DNA of 64,000 bases from Terriglobia bacterium (GTDB lineage: Bacteria; Acidobacteriota; Terriglobia; 20CM-2-55-15). A program made the position numbers and the translations under genes. Below, piece after piece: positions 1 to 9,793 of the stretch. The notes below the pieces were generated by a model that made no database searches, was not told the DNA's origin, and saw nothing but the letters and a program-made list of their open reading frames with translations. The stretch's first letter is position 1; every line of letters starts with the position of its first letter. The stretch lies in NCBI GenBank assembly GCA_965198225.1, contig CBDAOY010000004.1, forward strand, positions 320,001 to 384,000. The letters are read 5' to 3'.

Positions 1-150
1 AAACGCGACGTCGACAAGTCCTGACACGAAGTCGATGTCGATGAGTGATGCGACCATGAACAGGAATATCAATCCGCCGCTGGTCAGGAAGACGGGCATA
101 TCCACTCGCGTTGGGTTGATCTGCGGCGATATCTCGGAGGATTCCTGCAT
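1..150 (-). CDS. Probable BCCT-family transporter, N-terminus (runs off window edge)
   Basis: Manual translation from ATG at 150: MQESSEISPQINPTRVDMPVFLTSGGLIFLFMVASLIDIDFVSGLVDVAF. Resembles BCCT TM1 (D-x-PVF-x-x-SGG). Confidence 0.5.
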   Translation of the reverse strand, partial: MQESSEISPQINPTRVDMPVFLTSGGLIFLFMVASLIDIDFVSGLVDVAF

Positions 151-167
151 GTTGATCTGAATCCGGG

Positions 168-863
168 CTAATCGTTGGTGACGGATTCGATCCAGTCGTA
201 GAGCTGGCGCGGCGAAAACCGAAAGACGTGACCCTGGCCCGGGACGATCGTCAAGGTCGGTTCCGCTCCGGCCAGGACCAGCAGGTCGCGTGTCCGTTCG
301 GACAGCTGCACCCACCGGGTGTCGCGTTCCCCGACGAGCAACCAGACCGGTTTTCCTTTCAACTGATCCAGAAAGCCTGCTCCGCCGAACGCGCCCGGCA
401 TGACGACGATGGACGCGAATCGTTGCGGTTGAGCGCGTGCGGCGTGAAACGCGCCCAGGCCTCCGTTGGACTGCCCGACCAGCGTCACACGTGTGGCATC
501 GTAGCTGACGTTGTCGTCCATCCAATCAAAGACCCGGTCGAGGACATCCACTGCTCGTTCCCCCAGGCTGCTTCCAACGACCGCGGGCGACACCAGGACG
601 TAGCCTCTCACGCCGCCTTCGTCTTCCCAGTAGTTCCGGAGGATGGCGTCCACCATCTCCGGGGTGCCCGGTCCGGGCGGCAGGGCGAAGATGACCGGAT
701 GCTTCGAATCCGGGTCGTAGGATTCCGGGTAGATGACCGCCAGGCGAAACCTGTTTCCACCCCGGTCGGTGAGCGTCAACTCCTCCCGTTCCCCCAGTTG
801 AGCAAACGCCGGACTCGACGTTACGGCGAGCGCCAGAACGAACGCTACGATGTTCTTCTTCAT
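168..863 (-). CDS. Exported alpha/beta hydrolase (esterase/phospholipase-like)
   Basis: Signal peptide MKKNIVAFVLALAVTSSPAFA. Nucleophile elbow GQSNG, plus GERD and GQGH motifs. Confidence 0.8.
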   Translation of the reverse strand: MKKNIVAFVLALAVTSSPAFAQLGEREELTLTDRGGNRFRLAVIYPESYDPDSKHPVIFALPPGPGTPEMVDAILRNYWEDEGGVRGYVLVSPAVVGSSLGERAVDVLDRVFDWMDDNVSYDATRVTLVGQSNGGLGAFHAARAQPQRFASIVVMPGAFGGAGFLDQLKGKPVWLLVGERDTRWVQLSERTRDLLVLAGAEPTLTIVPGQGHVFRFSPRQLYDWIESVTND

Positions 864-873
864 CAGGATCCTT

Positions 874-1107
874 TCAAATAATGCGGCTGGCTTCGTCCAA
901 TTGTGGGTTGGTCTCGAGGAGCCGAACAAGCCGTTCGGGCTCCGCGTAGGGCAGCGGCTCGAGGATCACCCGGTTGACGACACTGAACACTGCCGTAGTG
1001 GCACCGATCCCAAGGGCAAGCGTCAGGATTGCAACCGTCGTCAGTCCCGGATTTCTTACCAGGGAGCGGATGGTGTAGCGGGTGTCCTGCCAGATGGTTT
1101 CCATCAT
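874..1107 (-). pseudogene. N-terminal fragment of an ADOP/MacB-like duplicated permease
   Basis: METIWQDTRYTIRSLVRNPGLTTVAILTLALGIGATTAVFSVVNRVILEPLPYAEPERLV matches the conserved N-terminal segment of the intact permease at 57803-60490, but stops after 77 aa. Confidence 0.8.
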
Positions 1108-1545
1108 CTACAGGAACAGTCTACACGCGGACCTCCCGCATTCTGCCCTTTTTGCCTCTCCCGTATGCACCGCGAAACCCGCGTCTCAGGTTCGGGGCGG
1201 ACCGGTCGTCGTGGTTGGAAGAGATTGTGGGGCGAAAAGCCGTTACAGGCCAACGCTCCGGCCCGACGAATCATCCCCGTGTTGCCGATCCGATCGGTTT
1301 CGATCGGGCCTGGGAAAAGGGGGATCGTTGCAGATTGACCGCGCCCGTAATTATCTGTAACCTCAAACGGTTACCCGTCGTACTGTCAGGTATGGATGAG
1401 GGGGTGCGCCCGTCGCACCGGAAGGGGTGGAGGAATCTGACGTTTAAGCCCTTCCAATCACATCAGTTATCATTATTGGATCTTTATCTGAACCAGCGTG
1501 CCGGCCGGACCGGCATCGATGTGGATTTGTACAACTGGACCCTGA

Positions 1546-4533
1546 ATGACTACTAAACCCTACGTTTTCATACTTCTTTCTCTTCTCTGTCTGACCCTGA
1601 CCGGCCTGGCCCAGGAGGGCACCGGCGGGGACGCTTTTTTGCTCCAGGATTTCGACGCGCTCGAAGAGATCCGCGACGTCCTCGAGGAAGCGGAATACCC
1701 GCTGACCCAGGAGCAGGAACAGGCGCTCCGTCCGATCGTCGAGTCGCGACCCGAATCTCAGCGGGGCGCGGTCATCGAGGGCGTTCGCCGGGATGGGGCC
1801 GACATCCTGACACCCGACCAGGACAGCGTGCTCTTACGTGTGGAAGCCGGCCGGATACTGCTGGCAGACGGTGTCGAAGGCCTCCGATCCCTGCTCGTAC
1901 AAGCCGAGGCTCCCGCCCTGACGTTCGACCAGGAAACCCAGGTGCAGGCGGTGTACGAAACGCACGAGCGCGTGTTGGCTGAACTGCTCCAGACCGAAGA
2001 CATCGGGCCCGAGGCCGTCGAGGCACAGCGGCACGCCCTCGAAGAGCAATTGCTGTTGGCATCGCTCAAGTTCCTGAACCCCACCCAGCGGGTGGCTCTG
2101 GTGGGCTCCGTCGCGGCGGAGGCGCTCGCATCCAACAGCGACCTCCCTGAAGACGAAGACGAACTTCGAGAGTACCTCGGGGACCTCCGCAGCCCGGCTG
2201 GCGGTGGAGGCGGTTTCCGCGGCGGAGGCGGCTTTGGCGGGCGCGGTGGAGGCCGCGGCGGGCGTGGCGGCCGTGGCGGCGGTGAAGGCGGAGGCATCGT
2301 CATCGACGGTTTCGGCGGCGGACGCATGCCCAACCGCGACGAAATCCAGGAGATCCGGATCAACGAGAACTCCTTCACAGCCGAGCAGAGCGAGCAGGGG
2401 AGGGGTCGGACCGAGATCATTACCCGTGGGGGCACGGGCCGGTTCAACGGTGACGTAACCTTCAACTTTGCCGACGAGTCGCTGGATGCGCGAAACGCGT
2501 TCGCATCGTTCCGCCCCCCATACCAGCAGCGGAACTTCAACGTCAACGTCAGCGGTCCGATCATCCGCAACCGCCTGACACTGACCTTCAGCGGACGCAG
2601 CAACTTGAACGAGGACGGCGACACGCTGCGTGCGATTACCGCCGACGGCCTGGTCAACGACGCCATCGTACGTCCGTCGGTGAACCGGGACTACACGATC
2701 CGGGCGACGGCACAGCTGACCGAGAACAACGTCTTCAACTTCAGCTACAGCTACGGCACGAGCGACAGGAAGAACAACGGTGTCGGCGGATTCGGACTGC
2801 CCGAACAGGGATCGAACAGTCTCGGGAACAATTTCAATTTTCAGTTCAAGGAAACGTCGGTTCTCTCCCGCTCGTTCAACAACGAGGTTCGCTTCCGCGT
2901 CGGCGGGTTCACCAACGAGACCCGGCCGATCACAATAGCGCCGCACATCACCGTGTCCGACGCGTTCCGCACCGGAGGATCGACCCGGAACAGTGAAAAC
3001 GACACGCGCAACTACGAGTTCGGCGACCTCCTGATGTACACGGGACAGCGGCTCTCGCTGAAGATGGGTTTCGAGGGCGAGTATGCGAGCGACGCTTCGA
3101 TTTCCCGGGACCGCTTCAACGGGTCTTTCACTTTCTCGCGCCTGGATTGCGACACGGATCCTGAGAACGACGATCCCTGTGCCGGCGCCTTCGTCGCCGG
3201 TCGTCCGATCCGGTACAGCGTCAACCAGGGAGAGCCCGAACTCGATGTGACCCAGTTCGAGGCGGCCACGTTCTTTCAGGGCGATTTTCGCTTCACGCCG
3301 AGGCTGACGATGGGGTTTGGCCTGCGGTACGAGTGGCAGTCGAATCTCACCGACTCCAATAACCTCGATCCGCGTTTCGGGTTTGCCTACTCGCTGGGAC
3401 GATCGACCGTTATCCGCGGCGGCAGCGGAATCTTCCACCAGCGTTTCAACCTGTTCCAGGTCAAGGAATTGGTTCGCCTGGACGGCACCCGGCAGCGAAC
3501 TTTGACGATACGTAATCCGTCGTATCCCGACCCCTTCTTCACCGGTGAGGGTGAAGTGGTCAGCGTGCCCTCTTCGGTGAGCGTGGGCGCGGAAGATCTG
3601 GTTGCTCCTTACACATGGAACAACGAGGCCTCGATCGAGACGACGTTCTCGCAAGGCCTTGTCCTGACGGGTTCCTACCGCTTCGTACGCGGCATCCACC
3701 TGCACAGAACACGCAACCTGAACGCCCCGCTGGACATCACTGCGGCAGTACCGCGGTCCTGTCAGCCCGGACAACTGACGGAACCGGACGAGTTCGGAAA
3801 CCCGGCTACTTGTGTTCGACCGGACCCGGCCCTCGGAAACATCAGCCAGCTCGAGTCCACCGGCGTTTCCAACAACCACAACCTGCGGGTCGGCTTCCGT
3901 CAACGATTCAGCACGATCAACATCAACGGTAGTTACAACTTCAGCTCCAACTACAGTGACGTCTCCGGAGGTTTCGGAGGTTTCGGAGGCGGAGACTTTA
4001 GACGGGGCGGCGGAGGAGGCCGGGGACCTGCCGACAACTACGACCTGGATTCCGAGTGGGGTCGCTTCGGAGCGCGGCATCGCTTCAACTCCTCGGTGAA
4101 TTTTCGCCTGCCCTGGAACGTCAACGCCAACACGAGCTTCGAGTGGAATACGGGGAACCCTTACAGCCTCCGCACCGGTACCGACGACAACCAGGACACG
4201 AACACGAACGATCGCCCGCCTGGAATACCGCGTAATTCGCTGACCGGACCGGGGTCTTTCGAAATGGGCTTGAACCTGTCGAAGACCGTCCAGTTGATAT
4301 CCGATTCAGTTGACGCTGGAGGCGCGGGCGGCCGCGGAGGCGCCGCAGCCGGAGGCGGTTACTACGGACGACGCACCGGAGTCCGGATGACGATCACCGC
4401 CAATGCCGAGAACCTGCTCAACAACGTCAACTACTGGAGCTTCAGCGGCGTGATGACCTCTCCATTTTTCGGTCTGGCAACCCGGGCGCGTGATGCTCGC
4501 CAGATCCGCCTTTCCGTAAGATTCAATTTCTGA
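1546..4533 (+). CDS. Oar-like/TonB-dependent-receptor-like outer-membrane beta-barrel with an atypical helical N-terminal domain
   Basis: Signal peptide, reduced plug (IDGFGGGRMP..IQEIRINENSFTAE..GRGRTEIITRGG), barrel motifs (GLRYEWQ, PRFGFAY, TVIRGGSGIF) and C-terminal RFNF. Confidence 0.8.
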   Translation: MTTKPYVFILLSLLCLTLTGLAQEGTGGDAFLLQDFDALEEIRDVLEEAEYPLTQEQEQALRPIVESRPESQRGAVIEGVRRDGADILTPDQDSVLLRVEAGRILLADGVEGLRSLLVQAEAPALTFDQETQVQAVYETHERVLAELLQTEDIGPEAVEAQRHALEEQLLLASLKFLNPTQRVALVGSVAAEALASNSDLPEDEDELREYLGDLRSPAGGGGGFRGGGGFGGRGGGRGGRGGRGGGEGGGIVIDGFGGGRMPNRDEIQEIRINENSFTAEQSEQGRGRTEIITRGGTGRFNGDVTFNFADESLDARNAFASFRPPYQQRNFNVNVSGPIIRNRLTLTFSGRSNLNEDGDTLRAITADGLVNDAIVRPSVNRDYTIRATAQLTENNVFNFSYSYGTSDRKNNGVGGFGLPEQGSNSLGNNFNFQFKETSVLSRSFNNEVRFRVGGFTNETRPITIAPHITVSDAFRTGGSTRNSENDTRNYEFGDLLMYTGQRLSLKMGFEGEYASDASISRDRFNGSFTFSRLDCDTDPENDDPCAGAFVAGRPIRYSVNQGEPELDVTQFEAATFFQGDFRFTPRLTMGFGLRYEWQSNLTDSNNLDPRFGFAYSLGRSTVIRGGSGIFHQRFNLFQVKELVRLDGTRQRTLTIRNPSYPDPFFTGEGEVVSVPSSVSVGAEDLVAPYTWNNEASIETTFSQGLVLTGSYRFVRGIHLHRTRNLNAPLDITAAVPRSCQPGQLTEPDEFGNPATCVRPDPALGNISQLESTGVSNNHNLRVGFRQRFSTININGSYNFSSNYSDVSGGFGGFGGGDFRRGGGGGRGPADNYDLDSEWGRFGARHRFNSSVNFRLPWNVNANTSFEWNTGNPYSLRTGTDDNQDTNTNDRPPGIPRNSLTGPGSFEMGLNLSKTVQLISDSVDAGGAGGRGGAAAGGGYYGRRTGVRMTITANAENLLNNVNYWSFSGVMTSPFFGLATRARDARQIRLSVRFNF

Positions 4534-4558
4534 CAAAGCCATTAACCGCGGAAATACG

Positions 4559-4593
4559 AAGGCACGGAGACATCTCTTCTCCGTGCCTTTTTT
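4559..4593 (+). terminator. Rho-independent terminator-like hairpin
   Basis: AAGGCACGGAGA-catctct-TCTCCGTGCCTT followed by a T-run, directly after the barrel gene. Confidence 0.65.
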
Positions 4594-4599
4594 GCGTCA

Positions 4600-4687
4600 G
4601 CCACGGATTACACAGATTACACGGACAGGAAAAAATCTTGGGTTTTGCCCGCCGAAAGATCTTTCTTTAATCCGCTAAATCCGTGGC
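4600..4687. repeat. 9-bp-period inverted short repeat element
   Basis: GCCACGGATTACACAGATTACACGGA ... TAATCCGCTAAATCCGTGGC. Confidence 0.6.
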
Positions 4688-4756
4688 TTTCTTGTACAGG
4701 TATCCGAGCCGAACGGGATTAGCGGATTCGTTCGGCGGTAGCGAGAGGACCGTCGA

Positions 4757-7279
4757 TCAGGCGGGGGAGACCTCACCGGCGGCGGGTGGGGCGTCCCCTA
4801 CCGCTGCCAGGGCGGCCATGGCCGCCAGGCGTTCCTTGTGGGCTCGTTGGACGTCGTCGCGGATCTCGGAGTAGGTGTTCATGAGTTGATCGAGGTTTTT
4901 CCGTCGCAGCCTCAACATCGTGCAGGGTGTTGCCGCCCGAACGGTGGCGGTTCGCGGCGACTCTGCCAGGAGCGCGATCTCGCCGAAGAACCCACCCGAC
5001 GTCAGGATTGCCAGCAGTCGTGATTCGGCTCCATCCTCGCGGAGCACCTGCACCGTCCCGCGGGCGATGACGTACATCGACTCTCCCGACTCTCCCTGAC
5101 GTACGATCTTGTCACCCTCGGCGAAGGATTCCGATTCGAGCATCCCCGCGATGAGCCGAATCCCCTCTTCGCCGCAGTGTTCGAACAACGGGATGTGAGC
5201 GATCAGAGACTCCGGGTCCAGTCGGAGGGTTTCAACCGGTCTGGCCCGAAGGCGTTCGAATCCCGCCTCGATCGCCGCCTTCTGCTCCAGGTAGACCTTG
5301 TCGGGGACCAGTCCCAGCTCGCGGAGCATGTTCAGAGAGGTTTCCTCGTTGTGCAGGCAACTGCGGGTGAGGAGGTACTCCTGCGTTCTCTCGACGTACT
5401 CCGGATAGTCGGTCGCCATCGCCGTCAGCTCTCGCTGAGCCTTGTCGTGTCGGTTCTGGTAATAGCCTCGGATCGTGGCATGAGAATCTTCGTCGACGGA
5501 GCTGTCCCGCAACAACCGGTCCAGCAGCGTCACGACCGACCTGGCCGCCAGCGTCTCGGCGCATTTTTCTTCAAAGTGGTTGGCAATCTGGCCGACCTTG
5601 CGTTTCTGGAGATACGCCCTGAAGATACCGAGCCTGTAGAGCAGGCGGTCCAGAGGACTCTCACGCGTGCTCGCTTCTTCGAAGGTTTCGGGCAGTCTTC
5701 CGTAGACCTTCACGTGATCGGCCTGGTGATCCACGTCCTGCGCAAGTTGCTTGTAGGCCGTCTCGGTGAGGTTCCCTTCGTAGAATTCCTCCCAGTAGTG
5801 CTTCTTCTCCGCCCCCAGTGCCTGGCTCGCCAGCACCTGCATCCGGTCCAGTTCGCTGAGTTCGCCGCCGTCCGCCAGACACGACTCACGTTCGGCCTCG
5901 AGCCGGGCTTCTCCCGACAGGTAGTCCTGTTGGATCCGTTGGACGATGGTGGGAGCGATTGCTTTCTCTTCTGCGAATTTTGCGACACGGTTTCTGGTTT
6001 CTCGTTTCAGAACCAGCAGGCTCTCGAAACGCGCAAGCATTTCCGCGGGAGACAACTGGTCTAACCCCAGGAGGCGGAGCAGGGTGCCGATGGTGAGTGC
6101 GTTCACGAGAAGTGTCGCCATCACGACACCCATCGCCGAAACAAGGATCAACTCCCTGGCGGCGAAATCCGGCGGCAGGCTCAGAGCCAGAGCCAGAGCG
6201 AGCGCCCCGCGCAGGCCACCCCAGTACATGACCGCCTGGTAGCGACGATCGATCGGCTCGATCATATTCGTCGCGTTCACCATCGGGACCGCGACGGCGA
6301 TGCTGACGGCGCGGGCGAAGTAGACAATCGGAATGGCCAGGACGAGAGCAACGATGAATTCTCGAATAAGCTCGGGGCTCAGCGCCAGACCGACCAGGAG
6401 GAAAATCAGGGAGTTCGCGATGAAGGAGAGGTACTCCCAGAACGAATGCATGAAGTGCCCGACCTTCGGGGAAATCTTCGTTCGTCCCCACCCTCCCAGG
6501 ATCATGCCGGCCGTTGCCGTAGCCATGACTCCCGAGACGTGGAGGTAGTGTTCGGCCACGATGAAGGACATGTAGGCCACGATCGTCGTCAGCGTGATCT
6601 CGACGAGTTCATCGTCCCGTACGAACGACAGGATTTGGGCGAACGTGAAGGCCAGGACCGCGCCCACCGCGATTCCGCCGGTGAAGACCCTCAGAAATTC
6701 GATGACAGCCGCGGGCACCGATAGGGTTGCCGCAGCCCCTCCCGCCGCCAGAAGCAACAGCACGTTGAACAGGACGATGGCTGTCGCGTCGTTAAACAGG
6801 CTTTCGCCTTCCACCAGGACCATCAGACGCTTCGGCGCGCCCAGTTCCTTGAACAGGGCGACGACGGCGACCGGATCCGTCGCGGAAATCAGGGCTCCGA
6901 ATAGCAGCGCTGTGACGAGTGGGATGCCCAACGCCCAGGATCCCAGGTACCCGACGATCGCCGTAGAGAGAAGAAAGGCCGGTATCGCCAGAGTCAAGAC
7001 CGGAACGATGTTCCGGAAAAGGACCTTGGAGTCGAGGTTGAACGAAGACTCAAACAGCAGAGTCGGCAGGAAGATGAAGAAGACGACATCGGTCGAGATC
7101 TCCGATTGGAGGAACTGGAAACCATCCCAATCGGCAAAGATCGTCCGGACACCAAAGCCGAAAATAACGAGGATGACCGTGTAGGGAAAGCGGACCCGGG
7201 CGGCCACGAGCGAGATCACCGACGCTGCAAAAAGCAAGCCGACCAGCAGCATCACAATCGTGACTAGGTCCAACTCCAT
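4757..7279 (-). CDS. CPA1 (NhaP-like) Na+/H+ antiporter with C-terminal cyclic-nucleotide-binding domain
   Basis: ISATDPVAV and EGESLFNDA motifs, many TM helices, and a CNBD (GEIALL..PRTATVRA). Confidence 0.9.
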   Translation of the reverse strand: MELDLVTIVMLLVGLLFAASVISLVAARVRFPYTVILVIFGFGVRTIFADWDGFQFLQSEISTDVVFFIFLPTLLFESSFNLDSKVLFRNIVPVLTLAIPAFLLSTAIVGYLGSWALGIPLVTALLFGALISATDPVAVVALFKELGAPKRLMVLVEGESLFNDATAIVLFNVLLLLAAGGAAATLSVPAAVIEFLRVFTGGIAVGAVLAFTFAQILSFVRDDELVEITLTTIVAYMSFIVAEHYLHVSGVMATATAGMILGGWGRTKISPKVGHFMHSFWEYLSFIANSLIFLLVGLALSPELIREFIVALVLAIPIVYFARAVSIAVAVPMVNATNMIEPIDRRYQAVMYWGGLRGALALALALSLPPDFAARELILVSAMGVVMATLLVNALTIGTLLRLLGLDQLSPAEMLARFESLLVLKRETRNRVAKFAEEKAIAPTIVQRIQQDYLSGEARLEAERESCLADGGELSELDRMQVLASQALGAEKKHYWEEFYEGNLTETAYKQLAQDVDHQADHVKVYGRLPETFEEASTRESPLDRLLYRLGIFRAYLQKRKVGQIANHFEEKCAETLAARSVVTLLDRLLRDSSVDEDSHATIRGYYQNRHDKAQRELTAMATDYPEYVERTQEYLLTRSCLHNEETSLNMLRELGLVPDKVYLEQKAAIEAGFERLRARPVETLRLDPESLIAHIPLFEHCGEEGIRLIAGMLESESFAEGDKIVRQGESGESMYVIARGTVQVLREDGAESRLLAILTSGGFFGEIALLAESPRTATVRAATPCTMLRLRRKNLDQLMNTYSEIRDDVQRAHKERLAAMAALAAVGDAPPAAGEVSPA

Positions 7280-7328
7280 GTTTTCCCACCTTCCGAGCGC
7301 CCGTCCGCCCTCGGACGAACGAACCGCG

Positions 7329-8390
7329 TCATGCCGGGTCAGATTGCAATGCCACTCTTGCGCGCTTCACGTCGGACGCGTCTCCCAGGACGACGAGGGT
7401 CTGTCCTGGCTCGACCAACCAGGAGTCCTCTGGATTGTACGCGAAACTATCCTGGCCTGTCCGTCTTGCTCCGACAACGAACAGACCGAACTCAGAACGA
7501 GCCGGAATGTCCCCGAGACGCTTATTGGCCCAGTCCGATTTCTCCGGTATAGACAACTCCTCGAAGCGATAGCTCGAGGCCTTGTCGCGGAGCATCGCGT
7601 CGAGGAACATCACGACCGAGGGTCGAACCAGCTCTGAGACAAGACGCAGCCCTCCAATGGTGCCGGGATTGACGACCGCGTCGGCGCCGGCACGCCGTAA
7701 ACGGGCAGCCATGCCGGGTTCGATTTCCTTGACGACGATGCGGATCGATGGGTTCAGCATGCGCATGCTCAACGTCGTGACCAGCGTATCGCGATCGTTC
7801 GGAAGCGCCACGACGGCTCCTGCGGCACGCTCGATGCCGGCCCCCTTCAGCACCTCTTCGTCGTCGGCAACGCCCTGCAGGATGGGGCTCTCGTAGTCTG
7901 AACGGAAAGCCGCGACGGTTTTCGGGTCCGGATCGATGACGACGAAATCCCGCTGGGTCCTCGCGAGTTCTTCGATGATCCGCCGACCGGTCTCGCCCGC
8001 TCCGCAGACGATGAAATGCTCTTTCATGGATGCGACTTGGCGTTGCATGCGTCTCTTCCAGAAGTATTGATTCAGGTCTCCCTCGACGATGTAAGATGTC
8101 ACCACCGCGACGGTGTACAGCATTATCCCAACACCCACCAGGATCAACAGCAGCGTGTAGGAGCGTAGTGCCAGACTGGCCGTCGTGTCTATCACTTCAC
8201 CGTAACCGACGGTGGTCACGGTGATGACCGACATGTAGAGACAATCCAGAAACGGCGTTTCCGGGCTCAACAACTTGTAGCCCACTCCGCCCAGGATGTA
8301 TTCACCCAGAAGGAGTGCGACACCAATCTGGAACCTGCGTTTCACGTGCGTCGATTCTAACCCGGAATGCTTCCGGGAGTAGTCAGTCAC
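7329..8390 (-). CDS. 2-TM potassium channel with RCK (TrkA-N/TrkA-C) domains
   Basis: Selectivity filter TTVGYG and Rossmann motif VCGAGETG. The true start may be slightly downstream of 8390. Confidence 0.9.
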   Translation of the reverse strand: MTDYSRKHSGLESTHVKRRFQIGVALLLGEYILGGVGYKLLSPETPFLDCLYMSVITVTTVGYGEVIDTTASLALRSYTLLLILVGVGIMLYTVAVVTSYIVEGDLNQYFWKRRMQRQVASMKEHFIVCGAGETGRRIIEELARTQRDFVVIDPDPKTVAAFRSDYESPILQGVADDEEVLKGAGIERAAGAVVALPNDRDTLVTTLSMRMLNPSIRIVVKEIEPGMAARLRRAGADAVVNPGTIGGLRLVSELVRPSVVMFLDAMLRDKASSYRFEELSIPEKSDWANKRLGDIPARSEFGLFVVGARRTGQDSFAYNPEDSWLVEPGQTLVVLGDASDVKRARVALQSDPA

Positions 8391-8505
8391 CAGTAGTCAG
8401 TAGCCAGTTGGGCCCGGCAGTCTCGGTGGTGACGGGTGACGAGTGAGCGGTAGAATGTTGAGAGAGGACAACTGACAACTAACTGACTACCGACTACTGA
8501 CTACT
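8378..8505. repeat. Inverted pair of 7-bp tandem repeat arrays (AGTAGTC / GACTACT)
   Basis: 8378-8410 agtagtc agtcacc agtagtc agtagcc agttg. 8469-8505 caactga caactaactgactaccgactactgactact. Confidence 0.75.
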
Positions 8506-8512
8506 TATTGTA

Positions 8513-9715
8513 ATGACGACTCCCACTGCCGCCGCTTCCGTTCTCGATCACGGGCTCCAGCCATATTTCGAGGAGTTGGCTCGCTTTGAGAGCACGCCCG
8601 AGTGCGAAAGCTCGGCTCTGTACAAACGTCTGAGACCGGATCTGGAACGAGTTCTCGGCAGGATCGAACAGGGGACATTCAGCCGGGTAGAACCGACAAC
8701 TTCCTACGACGTCGTTCGCGCTACGGCCTGGAACGTGGAACGGGGCATCCAACTCAACGGCATCGTTCGCGCACTGCGCCGCCATCCGGTCCTGAATCGC
8801 AGCGATCTTCTGCTCATGACCGAGGTGGATTACGGGATGGCCCGGACCGCGAACCGCCATGTCACCCGCGAAATCGCGGTATCCCTCGGGATGAACTATG
8901 TGTTTGCTCCGTGCTATCTGGCGTTGAACAAGGGGGCCGGAGTGGAAGCTGAAGTGGAGGGCGAAAACACTCTGGCGCTGCACGGTAACGCGCTGATGTC
9001 GATCCATCCCCTCCACAACCCCCACTCCCTCGCGCTGCCGAACGGCAAGGACAAGATGCGGGGGCGCGAGAAGCGACTGGGCAGCCAGCACGCGATCATC
9101 GCGGACGTGGAGCATCCTCTCGGGATGTTCCGGGCCGTGACGCTGCACATGGATGCTCATTCGACCCAGCGACACCGTCACCGGCAGATGTGCCTGTTGC
9201 TCGACCATCTGGAATCACTCGATCCGTCGCTCCCCGTTCTTATCGGCGGCGATTGGAACACGACCACACACAACGCGCGTCGAGCCCTGTACTCCATACT
9301 CGGGTATGTCCGCAGGGTTCTGATGGGAGTGCGTCATGTCGTGTCCAGCCACTATCCCCACCCGGAGCGCTGGTTCGAGCGCCACCTCTTCCGGGAGATC
9401 GAGAGACGCGGGTACAACTACCGTGATCTGAACGTCGACGGTGGTTGCACGCTTCACTATTCGATCGAGGACCTGGCCGCGAACAAGAATATGGGCGAGT
9501 GGATACCCGGCTGGTGTTTCTGGTTTATCAACTGGACTTTGGAGAGGGAAGGCGGCCGGTGTTCACTGAAGCTCGACTGGTTTACCGGAAGAGGGATCCG
9601 AGTCGATCCCGACGACGGCGACCAAGGGCCTGCGATTCTGTCCCGCGTGGCCGAAGGAGACACTCCGCTGTCGGACCATGATCCCATCGTCCTTGGTTTC
9701 GTACCCGAAAGCTGA
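8513..9715 (+). CDS. Endonuclease/exonuclease/phosphatase (EEP) family protein
   Basis: Motifs TAWNVERG, LMTEVD, GGDWN and SDHDP. Confidence 0.85.
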   Translation: MTTPTAAASVLDHGLQPYFEELARFESTPECESSALYKRLRPDLERVLGRIEQGTFSRVEPTTSYDVVRATAWNVERGIQLNGIVRALRRHPVLNRSDLLLMTEVDYGMARTANRHVTREIAVSLGMNYVFAPCYLALNKGAGVEAEVEGENTLALHGNALMSIHPLHNPHSLALPNGKDKMRGREKRLGSQHAIIADVEHPLGMFRAVTLHMDAHSTQRHRHRQMCLLLDHLESLDPSLPVLIGGDWNTTTHNARRALYSILGYVRRVLMGVRHVVSSHYPHPERWFERHLFREIERRGYNYRDLNVDGGCTLHYSIEDLAANKNMGEWIPGWCFWFINWTLEREGGRCSLKLDWFTGRGIRVDPDDGDQGPAILSRVAEGDTPLSDHDPIVLGFVPES

Positions 9716-9793
9716 TGTCGAGGCCGCTTCGTTTTGCTGCGAATTGCCTGCCCGGACTCTGCAGTTAGAATGGTCGGGCAACAAGGAGGCTCG

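Noticed and set aside
2200-2295. GGC-rich low-complexity tract
   Set aside because: It encodes the Gly/Arg linker of the barrel protein.
1834-4080. Long antisense ORFs (also 18778-20052, 20000-22087, 55609-56991, 58700-60691, 62716-63987)
   Set aside because: Shadow ORFs of well-supported genes in GC-rich DNA, with no recognisable motifs.
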